From Octopus vulgaris (taxonomy: Eukaryota): a stretch of 64,000 nucleotides of DNA. Below the pieces are notes generated by a model. That model saw only the letters and a list, made by a program, of their open reading frames with translations. It did not search any database and had not been told where the DNA came from. Positions 1 through 14,456 of the stretch are shown one piece after another (within the stretch, counting starts at the first letter, position 1; each line of letters opens with the position of its first letter). The stretch covers positions 205,778,001 to 205,842,000 of the forward strand of contig OX597814.1 in NCBI GenBank assembly GCA_951406725.2, given 5' to 3'. A program made the translations under genes and the position numbers.

Positions 1-840
1 ATTTATCAATGGGAAGAATATTACTACCATTATCGATTTAAAAAGACAATATATAAGTTAAACCAACAATTATAAGAAATTAAAATAACTATCAGCAAAT
101 ATAGTATTTTAAGACTAAAAATAATGCTATCAATACATGTATATACATGAAACCTAACTTTAAACAACTCGTATAACTGTTATCGAACTATATATCTCTA
201 TGGATAAGTAAAGTCTTAATAATAAACGCAAAGTTAATACCTAATAATTATATAGAAAAATTACGATAATTAGATCATTACATAAACATCAATATTTACA
301 TAAAAAAAAACAATATTATACCATAAGACTTATAAAATATTTAAATTTTAAATTTTAAAAATCTTAAATATAAATATATACTTAGCTTAGCGAGGTTTTG
401 TGATGAACTAAAATTTTAAATCGGAGAACGTCTTTTCAGCGTTTATAAGAAAACTCATGGAATTATGTTATTAGCAAAAAAAGAATTGTTGAAGAATTCA
501 TTAAACGTGATAAACAAATACGCTTTATCAATGAAAATTGTGAATGGGAACAGTTATGGTTTATCAATAAATGTAAATAGAATGAAGTCACAAATAAAGA
601 ATAGAATCACTCTATAATATAAGATTTATTATTAAAATAACTATGATAAATAATACTTAATACTAAATAAATTAAATAATTAAAAACCACTAATTATTAT
701 GTATACTCCAAAAATTTATTATGATTAATAAATATATCAAAAAATTATAGTAACCCCTCGACGTACTATTAAATTCTTTCCCAAATTACTCTTTAATTAT
801 AAGCTAAGACTCATGATCAATATATATATATATATATATA

Positions 841-1361
841 AATTATTAGAGAGTTATCCACTATGTGGACAACTCTAGTGCTAAAAATAGCTCCGAAGCA
901 ACCACAGAAGATCAGTTTCCAACTAGAATCAACATACATTTAACGGAAGGAAAGTGAAATACAACGAATAAAATAGATTGACTCTATACAATTGTTTCAT
1001 TACTAATGTAATATGTAGTTTTACTTACACTTACATCTATAAGACAAACTCTACCGAAGATTTATAGATGTAAGTGTAAGTAAAACTACATATTACATTA
1101 GTAATGAAACAATTGTATAGAGTCAATCTATTTTATTCGTTGTATTTCACTTTCCTTCCGTTAAATGTATGTTGATTCTAGTTGGAAACTGATCTTCTGT
1201 GGTTGCTTCGAGCTATTTTTAGCACTAGAGTTGTCCACATAGTGGATAACTCTCTAATAATTTATGTATAAATTTGTATTTTCTCCGTAGTTTTTTGTGC
1301 TAAGCCACTTGGTGTTAAATTAATGGTATTATTAAATTAATATCGATTTTTCACCCTCATT

Positions 1362-1370
<9 letters not shown>
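841..1370 (+). mobile_element. Penelope-like pseudo-LTR remnant with ~200-bp inverted 5' copy, inserted in (TA)n
   Basis: 841-1042 is the reverse complement of 1062-1262 (one indel seen) around a 19-nt spacer. (TA)n on both flanks; contains a hammerhead-like motif. Confidence 0.6.
1048..1123 (+). ncRNA. Type I hammerhead ribozyme-like motif (CCGAAGA core variant)
   Basis: actcta-CCGAAGA-stem II-GAAA-C AATT G-TA-tagagt. Stem I pairs; stem III is palindromic. Confidence 0.55.
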
Positions 1371-1403
<33 letters not shown>

Positions 1404-1419
1404 ATATAGATTTACGGAA

Positions 1420-1826
1420 TGTAGTAGCACAGTAGCTATAGGTTGTGGTAAGTAGCTTGCTTCCCAACCACATGTTTCCGAGTTCAGTCCCATATGTTGC
1501 ACCTTGGGCAAGTGTCTTCCACTATAGCCTCGGGCTGACCAACGCCTTGTGAGTGGATTTGGTTGAGCGAAACTGTAAGAAGCCTGTCCTTTATGTGTGT
1601 GTGTGTTTGCGCGTGGGTGCATGTGTGGGGGGAGTTATAACCCCACCATCCCTTGACAACCGACGTTGGTGTGCTTATGTCTCCGTAACCTAGCGGTTCT
1701 GTAAAAGATATCGAAAGAATAAGTACCAGGCTTACAAAGAATAAGTTTTGGAGTTTTCGACTAAAAGCCGTGCTGCAGCATGGTCGCAGTCAATTATCTC
1801 AAACATATAAAAGAATAAAAGAATAT

Positions 1827-1830
<4 letters not shown>
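1420..1830 (+). mobile_element. tRNA-derived SINE
   Basis: A-box-like GGTTGTGGTAAG and B-box-like GAGTTCAGTCCC; body CACCTTGGGCAAGTGTCTT shared with other copies in the window. Confidence 0.75.
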
Positions 1831-1877
<47 letters not shown>

Positions 1878-1892
1878 TCCATATGTTTGTAT

Positions 1893-1939
<47 letters not shown>

Positions 1940-2144
1940 TTACTGCAATTAAAACAATGGCTGGTTTTTTGGTGTGACCTGAAATAAAGATAAGATTGTC
2001 TTTGTGCATTGTTTGTTGTTACATATATCTATCTATGTATATATATAACGGGAAGCTTTATGAAAATAAACAAAAGACGAAGGCAGGTGGAGTACAAACA
2101 AACAATTGTATTAGTATGGTGCTCAGGAATATAAATAAAACAAG

Positions 2145-2182
2145 TCTTTTACGTTTCGAGCCTACGCTCTTCAACAGAGAGA
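2145..2182 (-). ncRNA. Degenerate minimal hammerhead motif in a Penelope-like remnant
   Basis: Minus strand reads tctct-CTGTTGA-A-GAGC gtag GCTC-GAAAC-GTA-aaaga; the core deviates from CUGANGA. Confidence 0.4.
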
Positions 2183-2238
2183 TACACAGAAAAGAGACAC
2201 GGAGAGAAACAATATATATACATACACATACATACATA

Positions 2239-2311
<73 letters not shown>

Positions 2312-2388
2312 GCTCTTCGACAGAAAGATACACAGAAAAGAGACACGGAGGGATACAATATATATACATACACATACATACATATATA

Positions 2389-2450
<62 letters not shown>

Positions 2451-2530
2451 ATATATATGTATGTATGTGTATGTATATATATACATACATAGACAGATAT
2501 ATGTAACAACAAACAATGCACAAAGACAAT

Positions 2531-2578
<48 letters not shown>

Positions 2579-2589
2579 TGTATATATTC

Positions 2590-2995
2590 TTTTATTCTTT
2601 TATATATTTGAGATAATTGACTGCGGCCATGCTGCGGCACGGACTTTAGTCGAAAACTCCAGAACTTATTCTTTGTAAGCCTGGTACTTATTCTATCGAT
2701 ATCTTTTACAGAACCACTAGATCACGGAGACATAAGCACACCAACGTCGGTTGTCAAGGGATGGTGGGGGTATAACTCCCCCCACACAGGCACACACGCG
2801 CAAACACACACACACATAAACGACAGGCTTCTTTGAGTTTCGCTCTACCAAATCCACTCACAAGGCGTTGGTCAGCCCGAGGCTATAGTGGAAGACACTT
2901 GCCCAAGGTGCAACATATGGGACTGAACTCGGAAACATGTGGTTGGGAAGCAAGCTACTTACCACAACCTATAGCTACTGAGCTACTACATTCCG
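2590..2995 (-). mobile_element. tRNA-derived SINE (inverted duplicate of 1420-1830)
   Basis: Near-identical reverse complement of the 1420-1830 copy, including its flanks. Confidence 0.75.
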
Positions 2996-3006
2996 TAAAT
3001 CTATAT

Positions 3007-3071
<65 letters not shown>

Positions 3072-3203
3072 ATCACGAGTTTTAGCCTATAATTAAAGAG
3101 TAATTTGGGAAAGAATTTAATAGTACGTCGAGGGGTTACTATAATTTTTTTATATATATAGAAATATAGAAATATATGCATGTATATATATATATATATA
3201 CAT

Positions 3204-3235
<32 letters not shown>

Positions 3236-3274
3236 ATAAATATATGCATGTATTTACATATATACTCTCTTTTA

Positions 3275-3655
3275 CGCTTTTACTTGTTTCAGTCGTCTGA
3301 CTGCGGCCATGCTGGAGCACCGCCTTTAATCGAGCAACTCGACCCAGGGACTTATTCTTTTGTAAGCCCAGTACTTATTCTATCGGTCTCTTTTGCCGAA
3401 CCGCTAAGTAACGGGGACATAAACACACCAGCATAGGTTGTCAAGCAATGCTAGGGGGACAAACACAAACACGCATATATATATATATATATACATATAT
3501 AGGACGGCCTTCTTTCAGTTTCCGTCTACCAAATCCACTCACAAGGCTTTGGTAGGCCCGAGGCTATAGTAGAAGATACTTGCCCAAGGTTCCACGCAGT
3601 GGAACTGAACCCGGAACCATGTGGTTGGTAAACAAGCTACTTATCACACAGCTAC
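3275..3655 (-). mobile_element. tRNA-derived SINE
   Basis: Same family body (CTGCGGCCATGCTGGAGCACCGCC...ACTGAACCCGGAACCATGTGGTTGG); close to the copy at 32140-32552. Confidence 0.75.
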
Positions 3656-3694
3656 ATGCATATATATATACATATATAAATATATATATATGTC

Positions 3695-3914
3695 TTTATT
3701 GCCGACAGAGGGCTATACATAGTGAGGACAAACAAGGAAAGACAAAGGGATTAAGTTGACAAAGGGATTAAGTCGACACCAGTGCATAACTGGTACCTGA
3801 AAGGATGAAAAGCAAAGTCGACCTCGGCGGAATTTGAACTCAGAAAGTAACGGCAGACGAAATATGGCTAACCATTTCGCCCGGTGTGCTAACGTTTCTG
3901 CCAGCTCGACGCCC
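3695..3914 (-). mobile_element. tRNA-derived SINE, second family (Nin/Deu-like core)
   Basis: Minus strand has GAGCTGGCAGAAACGTTAGCA...GAGTTCAAATTCCGCCGAGGTCGACTTTGC; matches 28533-28930. Confidence 0.7.
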
Positions 3915-3956
<42 letters not shown>

Positions 3957-4187
3957 ACACATACATACATATATGTGTGTGTGTGTGTGTGTGTGTGTTC
4001 GTATATATATATGCATTTACATATATTTATATATGTAAATTTATATATATTGACATATGTATATATATAAATAGATATATAAGCAAATATATGGGCGATG
4101 CTACTATTATAATACCATCACTAGTGGCAAGCGAATACCAGCCGTATAGGCAAATTAATAAAATACATACATACTGTATAAGATACG

Positions 4188-4399
<212 letters not shown>

Positions 4400-4417
4400 C
4401 ATACATATATATATATA

Positions 4418-5807
<1,390 letters not shown>

Positions 5808-5915
5808 GTAAAAAAGAAAGATGAATAATCTTGTTGCAGATTAATCAAAAGTTTTATATATATATATATATTATATATATATATATTATATTAAATTAGA
5901 GACAAAATTTTGAAA

Positions 5916-5978
5916 CCACCTGATGAATGTCTACTACTCAAAGATTTGATGACTGAAGACACGAAACGATCGTAGTGG
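5916..5978 (+). ncRNA. Type I hammerhead ribozyme (canonical core)
   Basis: ccac-CTGATGA-a tgtc...gaca c-GAAA-C GATC G-TA-gtgg. Lies in a remnant (5881-6170) whose first ~27 bp are an inverted copy of 6064-6090. Confidence 0.8.
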
Positions 5979-6167
5979 ATATTAATAATTGTTACATTTC
6001 TAAATAATATAAATTAATTTATGTATTGGCTTAAGTCTTTCTTTGTTTGATTTGCATAATAGTGGTTTTGTCTCTAATTTAATATAATATAATATTTTAC
6101 TATAAAATTGGATTCAATCCTAAATCTGATTTTTCCCTGTAAGTTTGAATTTATTCCCTAATATATT

Positions 6168-6217
<50 letters not shown>

Positions 6218-6316
6218 AAAGGCTCCCAAATAAGGAAGCTTAGTGCTAGAGACACAAAGAGGGATAAATTCATGGAGAGAGTGAAATTCAAAAACATTTA
6301 CCATTAACAATATATA

Positions 6317-6394
6317 TCCCGGACTGATCAGTTTCTACCTCCTTCTAGCAAAACAGACAGAATATGTTTACCAAGGCAAGGTTCGTCAGCGGGA
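6317..6394 (-). ncRNA. Type I hammerhead ribozyme (canonical core, GUC site)
   Basis: Minus strand reads tcccg-CTGACGA-acct...aggt a-GAAA-C TGATCA G-TC-cggga. Confidence 0.8.
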
Positions 6395-6476
6395 CGCCTT
6401 CCTATACATGTACGTATATATATATATATGTATATATACATATTTATATATATATATGTATATATGTATATATGTC

Positions 6477-6532
<56 letters not shown>

Positions 6533-6626
6533 ATCCAAACAAGAAAACACCAAAAAACACAACAACGCGAGGACGTGGAACAAATGTAGTATTATTGGAC
6601 GCTCAGGAAAGAAGGAAAGAAGGAGG

Positions 6627-6661
6627 GTTTAACGTTTCGAGAGGAACTCTTCGTCAGAAAC
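6627..6661 (-). ncRNA. Minimal type I hammerhead ribozyme
   Basis: Minus strand reads gttt-CTGACGA-A-GAG ttcct CTC-GAAAC-GTT-aaac; stem III is reduced to the palindrome AACGTT. Confidence 0.65.
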
Positions 6662-7044
6662 ATAGGAGAAGGAAAGATCCAGAGAAGGGAAGACAGAGGA
6701 AAAAAATCGCCAACGGTACACACGAGGTCACATTTTGAAAGACCGGAAGGGAAAGGGGTGAAGAAAGATGTTTTCAAAGACAGAAGAGTTTTCAAAGACA
6801 GCGGAATGTTAGGAGGGGGAAGGTGTGTGTAAGTGTGGATGTGTGCGTGCGCGGAGGTCTGCGTGTGCGCGCGTGTGTGTATGTGTGCAATGATGACACG
6901 TGTGTGTGTGTGTGTGTGTGTATGCGTGTGAGTGTGTATGTGTGTGTGGTTGTAGCTGTAAACAACAGGCTAGTAGTAAGCTGGATAGTTTGTAAGAATA
7001 AGGAGTGGTGTTTTTTTCTACCACAGGTCAGTACTTTGAAGTAG

Positions 7045-8245
7045 GTGTGTGTGTACGTGTATTTATATGTATCGTGTGTGTGTTTTGTTTGTAGTGTGTG
7101 TGCGAGTGTTTGTGTGTGTTCGTGTGTGTATGCGTAGAGTTTGGGTGTGTGGCGAATAACTGTGCTTTACTTAGTGTATGTGTGCGTGTGTGCTTGTACC
7201 TGCGTATGTGTGTATATATGTATAATTGTGTGCGTGTATGTATAATTGCGTGCCGTGTGTATGGGATGTATGTGTGGGTTCATTTGTGTGTGTGTGTGTG
7301 TATGTATGTGCGTGCGTGTCGTATGTGCGTGTAGTTGTGAGTGCGTGTATGTGTGCGTTTGTATGTGTACGCATGTTTATGTGTGTCTGTGCCTATATGT
7401 GTATACGTATGTGTATGTGTGTGTGCGCGTGTAGGCATATATTGTGTGTATGTATATGTATCGGTGTGTATGTGAATTTGTGTATGTGTGTGTGTGGGGG
7501 GGTTGGAGTTGTGTGCGCGTAATGTGCGTGCGTGTGCTTGTGTGCGCTTACGTGCGTGTATGTGTGTGTCCGTGCCCATGTGTGTATGACTGTGTGCGTA
7601 TCTGTATGAGTATTGTTTGTTGGAGGTATATGTGGGCATCGGTGCTGGTGTGTGTGTTTGTATGTGTGTATGTGTGTGTGTGTGCGTGAATTGTATATCT
7701 ATATATGTGTGTGTGCGTGTGTGTGTGTACGTGCGTGCGAGTGAAATGTATACATGTGCGTGTGTGTACAAATGTAGAGATTTATATGTGTGTATATATA
7801 TGTATGCAAGCACACACGTTATGATTGAAAGATTGATGGAAAAAAAAATTGGTGTGGGTGTATGTGAATCCACAGGCACACACATACATACACTGACGCA
7901 TGCCTGCAATAAAGCCAACCCCATATGTATGTATGTGTGTGTGTATGTATGTGTGTGTGTGTATGCATGTATGTATGTATGCGTGTGTGTGTGTGTGTAT
8001 GTGTGTATGTATGTATGTATGTATGTATGTGTGTATGTGTGTATGTGTGTATGTGTGTGTGTGTATGTATATGTATGTATGTATGTGTGTATGTATGTGT
8101 GTATGTGTACTGTATGAGTACTGTTTGTTGGTGTGTGTACACGGACATATGTGTGTGTGCGCGTGGGGTGTGTGGGTTTGTGTATATTTGTGCGCGTATA
8201 TGTGCATGTATGTTGTATGTGTGTGGTGTGTTGGAAGTATGTGTG
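7045..8245. repeat. Degenerate (TG)n/(TATG)n low-complexity tract
   Basis: ~1.2 kb of alternating purine-pyrimidine sequence; source of the spurious VC/HT ORFs. Confidence 0.9.
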
Positions 8246-8249
8246 TGAT

Positions 8250-10108
8250 TTGTATGTATTGTGTATGTTTTCTCATGCATATAGTTACATATCTAGACAT
8301 ACTCATATATATTTAAATGATAAACTTCTGGAAAGTTTTACAGATTTTTACAGTTCCAGTGATGGATTGGATCTGTAATCTTCGAATTAGCTTTCTCCTT
8401 TCTGGTTTTGAGAAGCCTAATTTCTCAAAATTGGTATTTAGGCAGTGTGTTACATATCCCAGGGCCCCAATAATTACAGGTATAAACCTGAACTTGTAAT
8501 CTGGATAGAGTAACTGCAGATTTCTCAATAGTTCAGCAGAGGTTTTCTCTCTTTCACTGATCTACCGCTTTATGTTAACATCCGCTGGGCAGCAAATTTC
8601 CACAACTGTGCACAGTTTCTCTTCTCTATCCCAAATCATTATATCAGGTCTGTTGTTCCTATATTTTACTGAGGCCATCACCGGTACATTCCAACAGTAT
8701 TCTTTCTCATTATGAGTGGCTATGGCATCTACCATATTGTGGGTTCTTATTTCTTTCTTCTCGGGATTATCTTTCCGGCGGATTTCATTATTGTGTCCAT
8801 CATGACATTTTCGGACAACTACTGATGATGTGGGTAATATCTTCAGTGTGAACACCACAGAATCCTCGTCACATTTTACTGCTTTTCCTGCATCTCTATC
8901 CTTTTTGCGCATCAGGTACTTGGTTGATATTTCCTGATCCGGCATTGCAAATGCAAACCCTTCAAAGTGGGAGGTAGCAATCCAGCTATTGGTCCATGAT
9001 AAGCTGCTTTGATGATCGATGTTACTATCATCACAGAGCTTTCTACTATCATATCCATGCATGGTCGTCTGCTTACATAGGCTCATCCTTTCATCTGATG
9101 ATAAGTTGCAGTAGAGTCGTGCGGCTTATTTGAGCATGTATTCTAGTTTATCAGACAAAGAGTGTTGCTCAAGGAGCTGCCTTCCAAGACTTATGATGTT
9201 ATTAGCTTCATGTATGCAAACTTGGTCAAGGGATGCTCGTCGACAATTGGTGTGTAAAAGATGTTGCCGAAGGGATATGATGCGACATTGAAAGGCATTT
9301 GGGATAGATGTTAAGCCTCTGCCACCTTGTTTTCGTTTTAGGTAGGGGAGGTCTACGTTGGGACTAGTACTGGCACTGCAAACACATTGTGGGACACTGG
9401 TTCATTGAATGTAGAAAGTTCTGAGGTCCAAAGTTTCTTTATTCGGCTGTAATATTCTTTAGTGACAGGTGTTTCGTTACAGGTGCTAATGGAAGATATA
9501 TTTTCATCCACCCCTAGATACCAGATACAGGGGAAACAATTAAATCATTGACGGAGATGCTACTAGTCTGGTTTAAAGTACTCCCCCTTTTCACAACCAT
9601 ATGACAACATTTATACTGACCAAACTCCAAACCTACATCCTTTGAGGATGTTGTAACTAGCTCAAGGCTCTTTTTCATCTCATGCATATTCTTTGCATAA
9701 AGTTTTAAGTCAGTCACAAAGAAACAGTGTGTAATTTTGGTATTTCTGTTTCCTTGTGAACCTGTGAGATATCCTACAGACTTCCTTAACATGAATGAAG
9801 AAGGGTTTACAGAAAGTATAAACAACATCACAGAGTGGCTGTCCCCTTGGAATATACCTTTGCGATATCAGTGATCATACATTAACTCTTTGTGAATAAT
9901 TTTAGTATAGTGGACTACGATGAAGTCAGCTCAGCCATGGCTTTGACTATTCTCACTGGAACTTTCACAAGTTGAGGGGTTTCTGGCATCCATGAGTAGG
10001 GAACACAGTGAAAGGTTTCCTTATAATGTAGCCACAATGAAACTCACTTCCTCCTATGCTCTCGCACCTCTGACACCTCAGTTGTCTTGATTAACAGTTG
10101 CTCGGCAC
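8250..10108 (-). mobile_element. Decayed R4/Dong-like non-LTR retroposon (RT + restriction-like endonuclease), TACA-associated family
   Basis: Fragments GIFQGDS, HCFFVTDLKLY, NNRPDIMIWD and FIPVIIGALG; homologous to 47368-49300; the upstream junction abuts ATGTATGTATGT. Confidence 0.8.
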
Positions 10109-10160
10109 ATGTATGTATGTTACATATATATATATTTCTCTCTCTTCTGTTTTTGATAAT

Positions 10161-11710
10161 TTAACCCATTAAATTCCAGAGTAATGAAATGTTTGAATAT
10201 TACTTTTAAATTTTCAAAGATTATTGAAAAAAAAAGGGTAAAATGAAAAAAAAATCAATTATAAAAACTGCTTTGCTTCAAGTAGAAATGGAAATAGACG
10301 GGTTTCCCATAAAGAGGACCCTGGCCCAATGTGATATATTCATAAATTCAAAATCCCTCATATGTTATCTGTTAATATATTCTATTGGTATTAAAGTTTG
10401 TACGTAAAATGGCTAAAGTTTTTGAAAGAATACAGCGATATAATAGACTGAAATACAAAAACTGCAAAAATATAAAAGATTGAAAGAAATCAATTTATAA
10501 GACTATGCCTTGAGGAAATGGGCCAAAACAGTCTTGACTCAGGGTGACGTTGCACTTTTCACAATAATTTAGTGGTTTCCTGTTGTACGACTTATTTTGA
10601 CAACGTCGTTGCTGATCTCGTTTAGCTATTATATGGCCTTTCAAATCAAATTGAACGTCAGCAATTGGTGTGGATGGTGTGATCGTCTTATTTTATTGTT
10701 CAGATTGCTTAGCAGTGGAGAGCTTTAGATATGAAACGCATAGATATCTCCTGAAATCGAGTAAATATTTATGTTTCCTCCTTTCCCTCGTTGATCAGTT
10801 TGTAAATAGTCCACGCATTGACAACAGTCCTATCAATGACTCTAGCCAACAATGGTCTGCACCACTTTATGCGTCTAATTGAGGTTGCACATTTTGACAC
10901 CAACCAGTCGGGCTTGTCAACTCCACCCATGCAATTGTTATATGAGCCGCAAACATGGGGTCGGGTCACATTGCCCTTGCTTTTACTTCCTTTACTCTAG
11001 CGTTGTACATTGCAAATGGGTTCGACTGAATCAGGATTAGTCCCAATTCTCAAACATTTAGTGTCAAGCCAACTAACTACAAGGATTTCATTATTGATTT
11101 CAAATCTATAATCATATGAACATCTTGGCTCCTTTCTCATCAATGCTCTTTCCTTTAGAGGACATCTCTTGAGACAATTATCTCTCGTAGCGGTTGCATC
11201 AAATCCCATTTGCCCGAGGTGCACTAACAGATCATACTTTGTGAATATATTATCAAAATATACGGAATGTGACCGAGGATCATCTACCACTCCAAGAAAC
11301 TCTCCTTCCAAGTGGAAGATCGTCTTCGGATACTTTTTGAATTCTCTTGTCACAATACAGATCAAAGTTGTAACAAAAATCCTGAAACACCGCACAATGC
11401 CCACAAATTTGTAACGAAATCTTATGGGTTTCCCTTTTATAAATTGTTTGAGTGAATTATGCCCCCATAGTAGTTGACCATCATTACATCGACTGACAGA
11501 CTCTTTTCACAAATTTCGAATCTCTTGAAGGAATTCTGAATCATGGTAAAGATAGAACGACGTACGTAACCATTATCATCTCTATTCTCCTCCCAATTTT
11601 CGTTATTCTGAAGTGAATGGTGCTTTAAAGATGCTGAAATGGATTTCTTGTAATAGCAGTTTTGATTAATGGCACACACAGATCCTCGTCACTTGACCAG
11701 TGGTTTCTTG
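10161..11710 (-). mobile_element. Decayed piggyBac (PGBD3-like) DNA transposon, one end present
   Basis: TTAA-CCC terminus at 10161; catalytic-region motifs SLSVDVMMVNYYG, VYFDNIFT and YNNCMGGVD in shifted frames. Confidence 0.85.
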
Positions 11711-11965
11711 TGAGGGGTAACCTACGATAACTGGAACATATTAGAACTCGAAGAAATGTTTTCACTCATCTACAGAAAAGGTTTCGATGTTATCTTTCTT
11801 GGCTGCAGAATATCGAACATTTTCCTTCGCTGTGTAGTCATATATTTCTGGGGTTTGTAAGTTTCAGTCGGAAACCACTCCGATCTCTTAATCCATCTAA
11901 AGATTAACAAGTTATTTAATAAGTCTGCCACATTAAATGCACGACTCGTCGCATGGAGTTCGTAA

Positions 11966-12646
11966 AGTATGTAAGTATTTATGTATGTATGTATGTATGT
12001 ATGTATGTATGTATGTATGTATGTATGTATGTATGTATGTACGTATGTATGTACGTATGTACGTATGTATGTATGCATGCATGTATGTATGTATGTATGT
12101 ATGTATGTACGTATGTACGTATGTACGTATGTATGTATGCATGCATGCATGTATGTATGTATGTATGTATGTATGTATGTATGCATACATGCATGCATGC
12201 ATGCATTATGTATGTATGTATGTATGTATGTACGTACGTACGTACGTATGTATGTATGCATGCATGCATGCATGTATGTATGTATGTATGTATGTATGTA
12301 TGTATGTATGCATGCATGCATGCATGTATGTATGTATGTATGTATGTATGTACGTACGTATGTATGTATGCATGCATGCATGTATGTATGTATGTATGTA
12401 CGTATGTACGTACGTATGTATGTATGCATGCATGCATGCATGCATGTATGTATGTATGTATGTATCTATGTATGCATGCATGCATGCATGTATGTATGTA
12501 TGTATGTATGTATGTATGTATGTTTGTATGTATGTATGTACGTACGTACGTATGTATGTATGCATGCATGCATGCATGCATGCCTGTATGTATGTATGTA
12601 TGTATGTATGTATGTATGTATGTATGTATGTATGTATGTACGTATG

Positions 12647-12675
<29 letters not shown>
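11966..12675. repeat. Compound tetranucleotide array (TATG/TACG/CATG)
   Basis: ~700 bp read directly; R4/Dong-like fragments on both sides. Confidence 0.95.
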
Positions 12676-12677
<2 letters not shown>

Positions 12678-12880
12678 TAAGAAGGATTTATCTACATTTA
12701 TTCCCGGAAATGGCATTGTGCATTATTTCTGCGACAGCGCCATCTCACATAGAAAGGTAGTACCTTGATGACATTTTCGGGCAACTACAAATCCCATGTG
12801 TGATGTCTTCCAAAGAAACATGAGCCGCCCATTTCAGTGAGACTGAATTCTCGAAACACCGAGTGTCCCACCCACATGTA
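12676..12880 (-). mobile_element. R4/Dong-like fragment (zinc knuckle region)
   Basis: Encodes EDITHGICSCPKMSSRYYL, matching the homologous part of 47368-49300. Confidence 0.6.
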
Positions 12881-13293
12881 ACAATAAGACTTTTCACACA
12901 CCCTACCCCCAAAATCCAAACAACATCCCTCTTCTTCCCCACGTTTCCTCATGTTCTTGCTCTATGCTTATGCTTATCTCATGTACCCCAATCCTACCCC
13001 TTTGCTAATATGCTGTCCGCCACCCCTCTATATACCCAGGTCTCATCAGTCATCGCATTCCCCAACCCCACACTCTTTGAAGTCATATAAAGTCTCTACT
13101 CCCTCGCCATCGCTCTCTTTCACTCTCTCTCTCTCTCTCTCTCTCTCTATCACTTCCTCCCTCTTTGTCTTGGTCTTTCTCTCTCTCTTTCTCTCCCTCT
13201 GATTGGTTTACCATGCAGCTCATTTACTGCAGCGCACCTGTTTCTGTCATCATTCATGATCTCTCTGTCTCTCTCTCTGTCTCTGTCTGTCTG

Positions 13294-13331
<38 letters not shown>

Positions 13332-13849
13332 CATCTCTCTTCCTGACCGAACAACCACGTACCTCCTCCACAACAGTCTCACTCGTTTCTACCTATATCT
13401 ATCTCTCTGTCACACCAACCTCTCTTCATCTGGCACAGCATCACTTCTTCCAATGCTCCCTCCCCGTCTGAAAGAATATTTGTCTTGCAAATTACTTGGT
13501 GACCCTGCAAATGTTGGTGCCAGGTAAAGAGCCACCAATCCACACTGTAAAGTGGTTGGTATTTTCGAAGGGCATCCAGCTGTAAACATCATACCAAAAC
13601 TGGCCTACTCTGTGCTGGGGCCACGTAAAAGACACTCTTCCGGCCTGTTGGTTAGGAAGGGCATCCAGCCCTAAAATCCATGCTAAAATATACACTGAAG
13701 CCTTGTGCAGGCTTTTGCCTAGCCAGCTCCTGTCAAACCGTCCAAACCATGCCAGCATGAAAAGCAGACGTGAAGTGATGAGGATTATGATGAAGATAAC
13801 AAGGATGATGATGACGGCGACGACGATGATGATGATGATGACGATGATT

Positions 13850-14110
13850 CATCTATATTTTCAGCTGCCCCTAAGAACGCCAATGGCTTCAATGTCTCTT
13901 TTATTGATTAGGTATTTAGTAGCAATCTCCCGTTCTTGGACTGTAAATGCATACCTTTCGAAGCCTAGTGTGATGTATCGGTCATGAGTCCAAAAGGGGT
14001 TTCGTTTCATCCCTGTGTTACCATCATCTTCAGGTCTACAAGAAACGTACTCATACATGGTCATTTCTTAGCGTTCCATTTTGAATCTGTTTGAAATGAA
14101 ATTCATACTC
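13850..14110 (-). mobile_element. R4/Dong-like fragment
   Basis: Encodes FERYAFTVQEREIATKYL, compare FEGFAFAMPDQEISTKYL in the 8250-10108 copy. Confidence 0.55.
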
Positions 14111-14456
14111 ATTTCATATATCTTTACCATCTACATTCAAACCTCCGTATTTTCAGTTCAAATATAACTTGATTCAGTTATGATGCTAATTTTAATACCT
14201 TGAACTAGGTAGCATCGAATGCAATAGAACATCTCCTGCAACCTTTGAATAGAAAATATCGACCTTGAAACGGGGATATGTTTAACCATAAAGGAGGTAC
14301 TCGGCAACAGCAAAATGCATTGATTTCTCAGATACATTGACCACAACACTTATAATTGTTTCGTAACATTGCAAATGTCTATGAAATAAAGAAACGGAGT
14401 TGAATCTTCATTACTTAATATGCTTTGTTTTTTCATATTTTTACAGATAACCAAAT

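Noticed and set aside
1-745. AT-rich stretch superficially like mitochondrial rRNA (NUMT)
   Set aside because: No conserved 12S/16S motifs recognised; more likely a heavily decayed transposon, but I cannot assign it.
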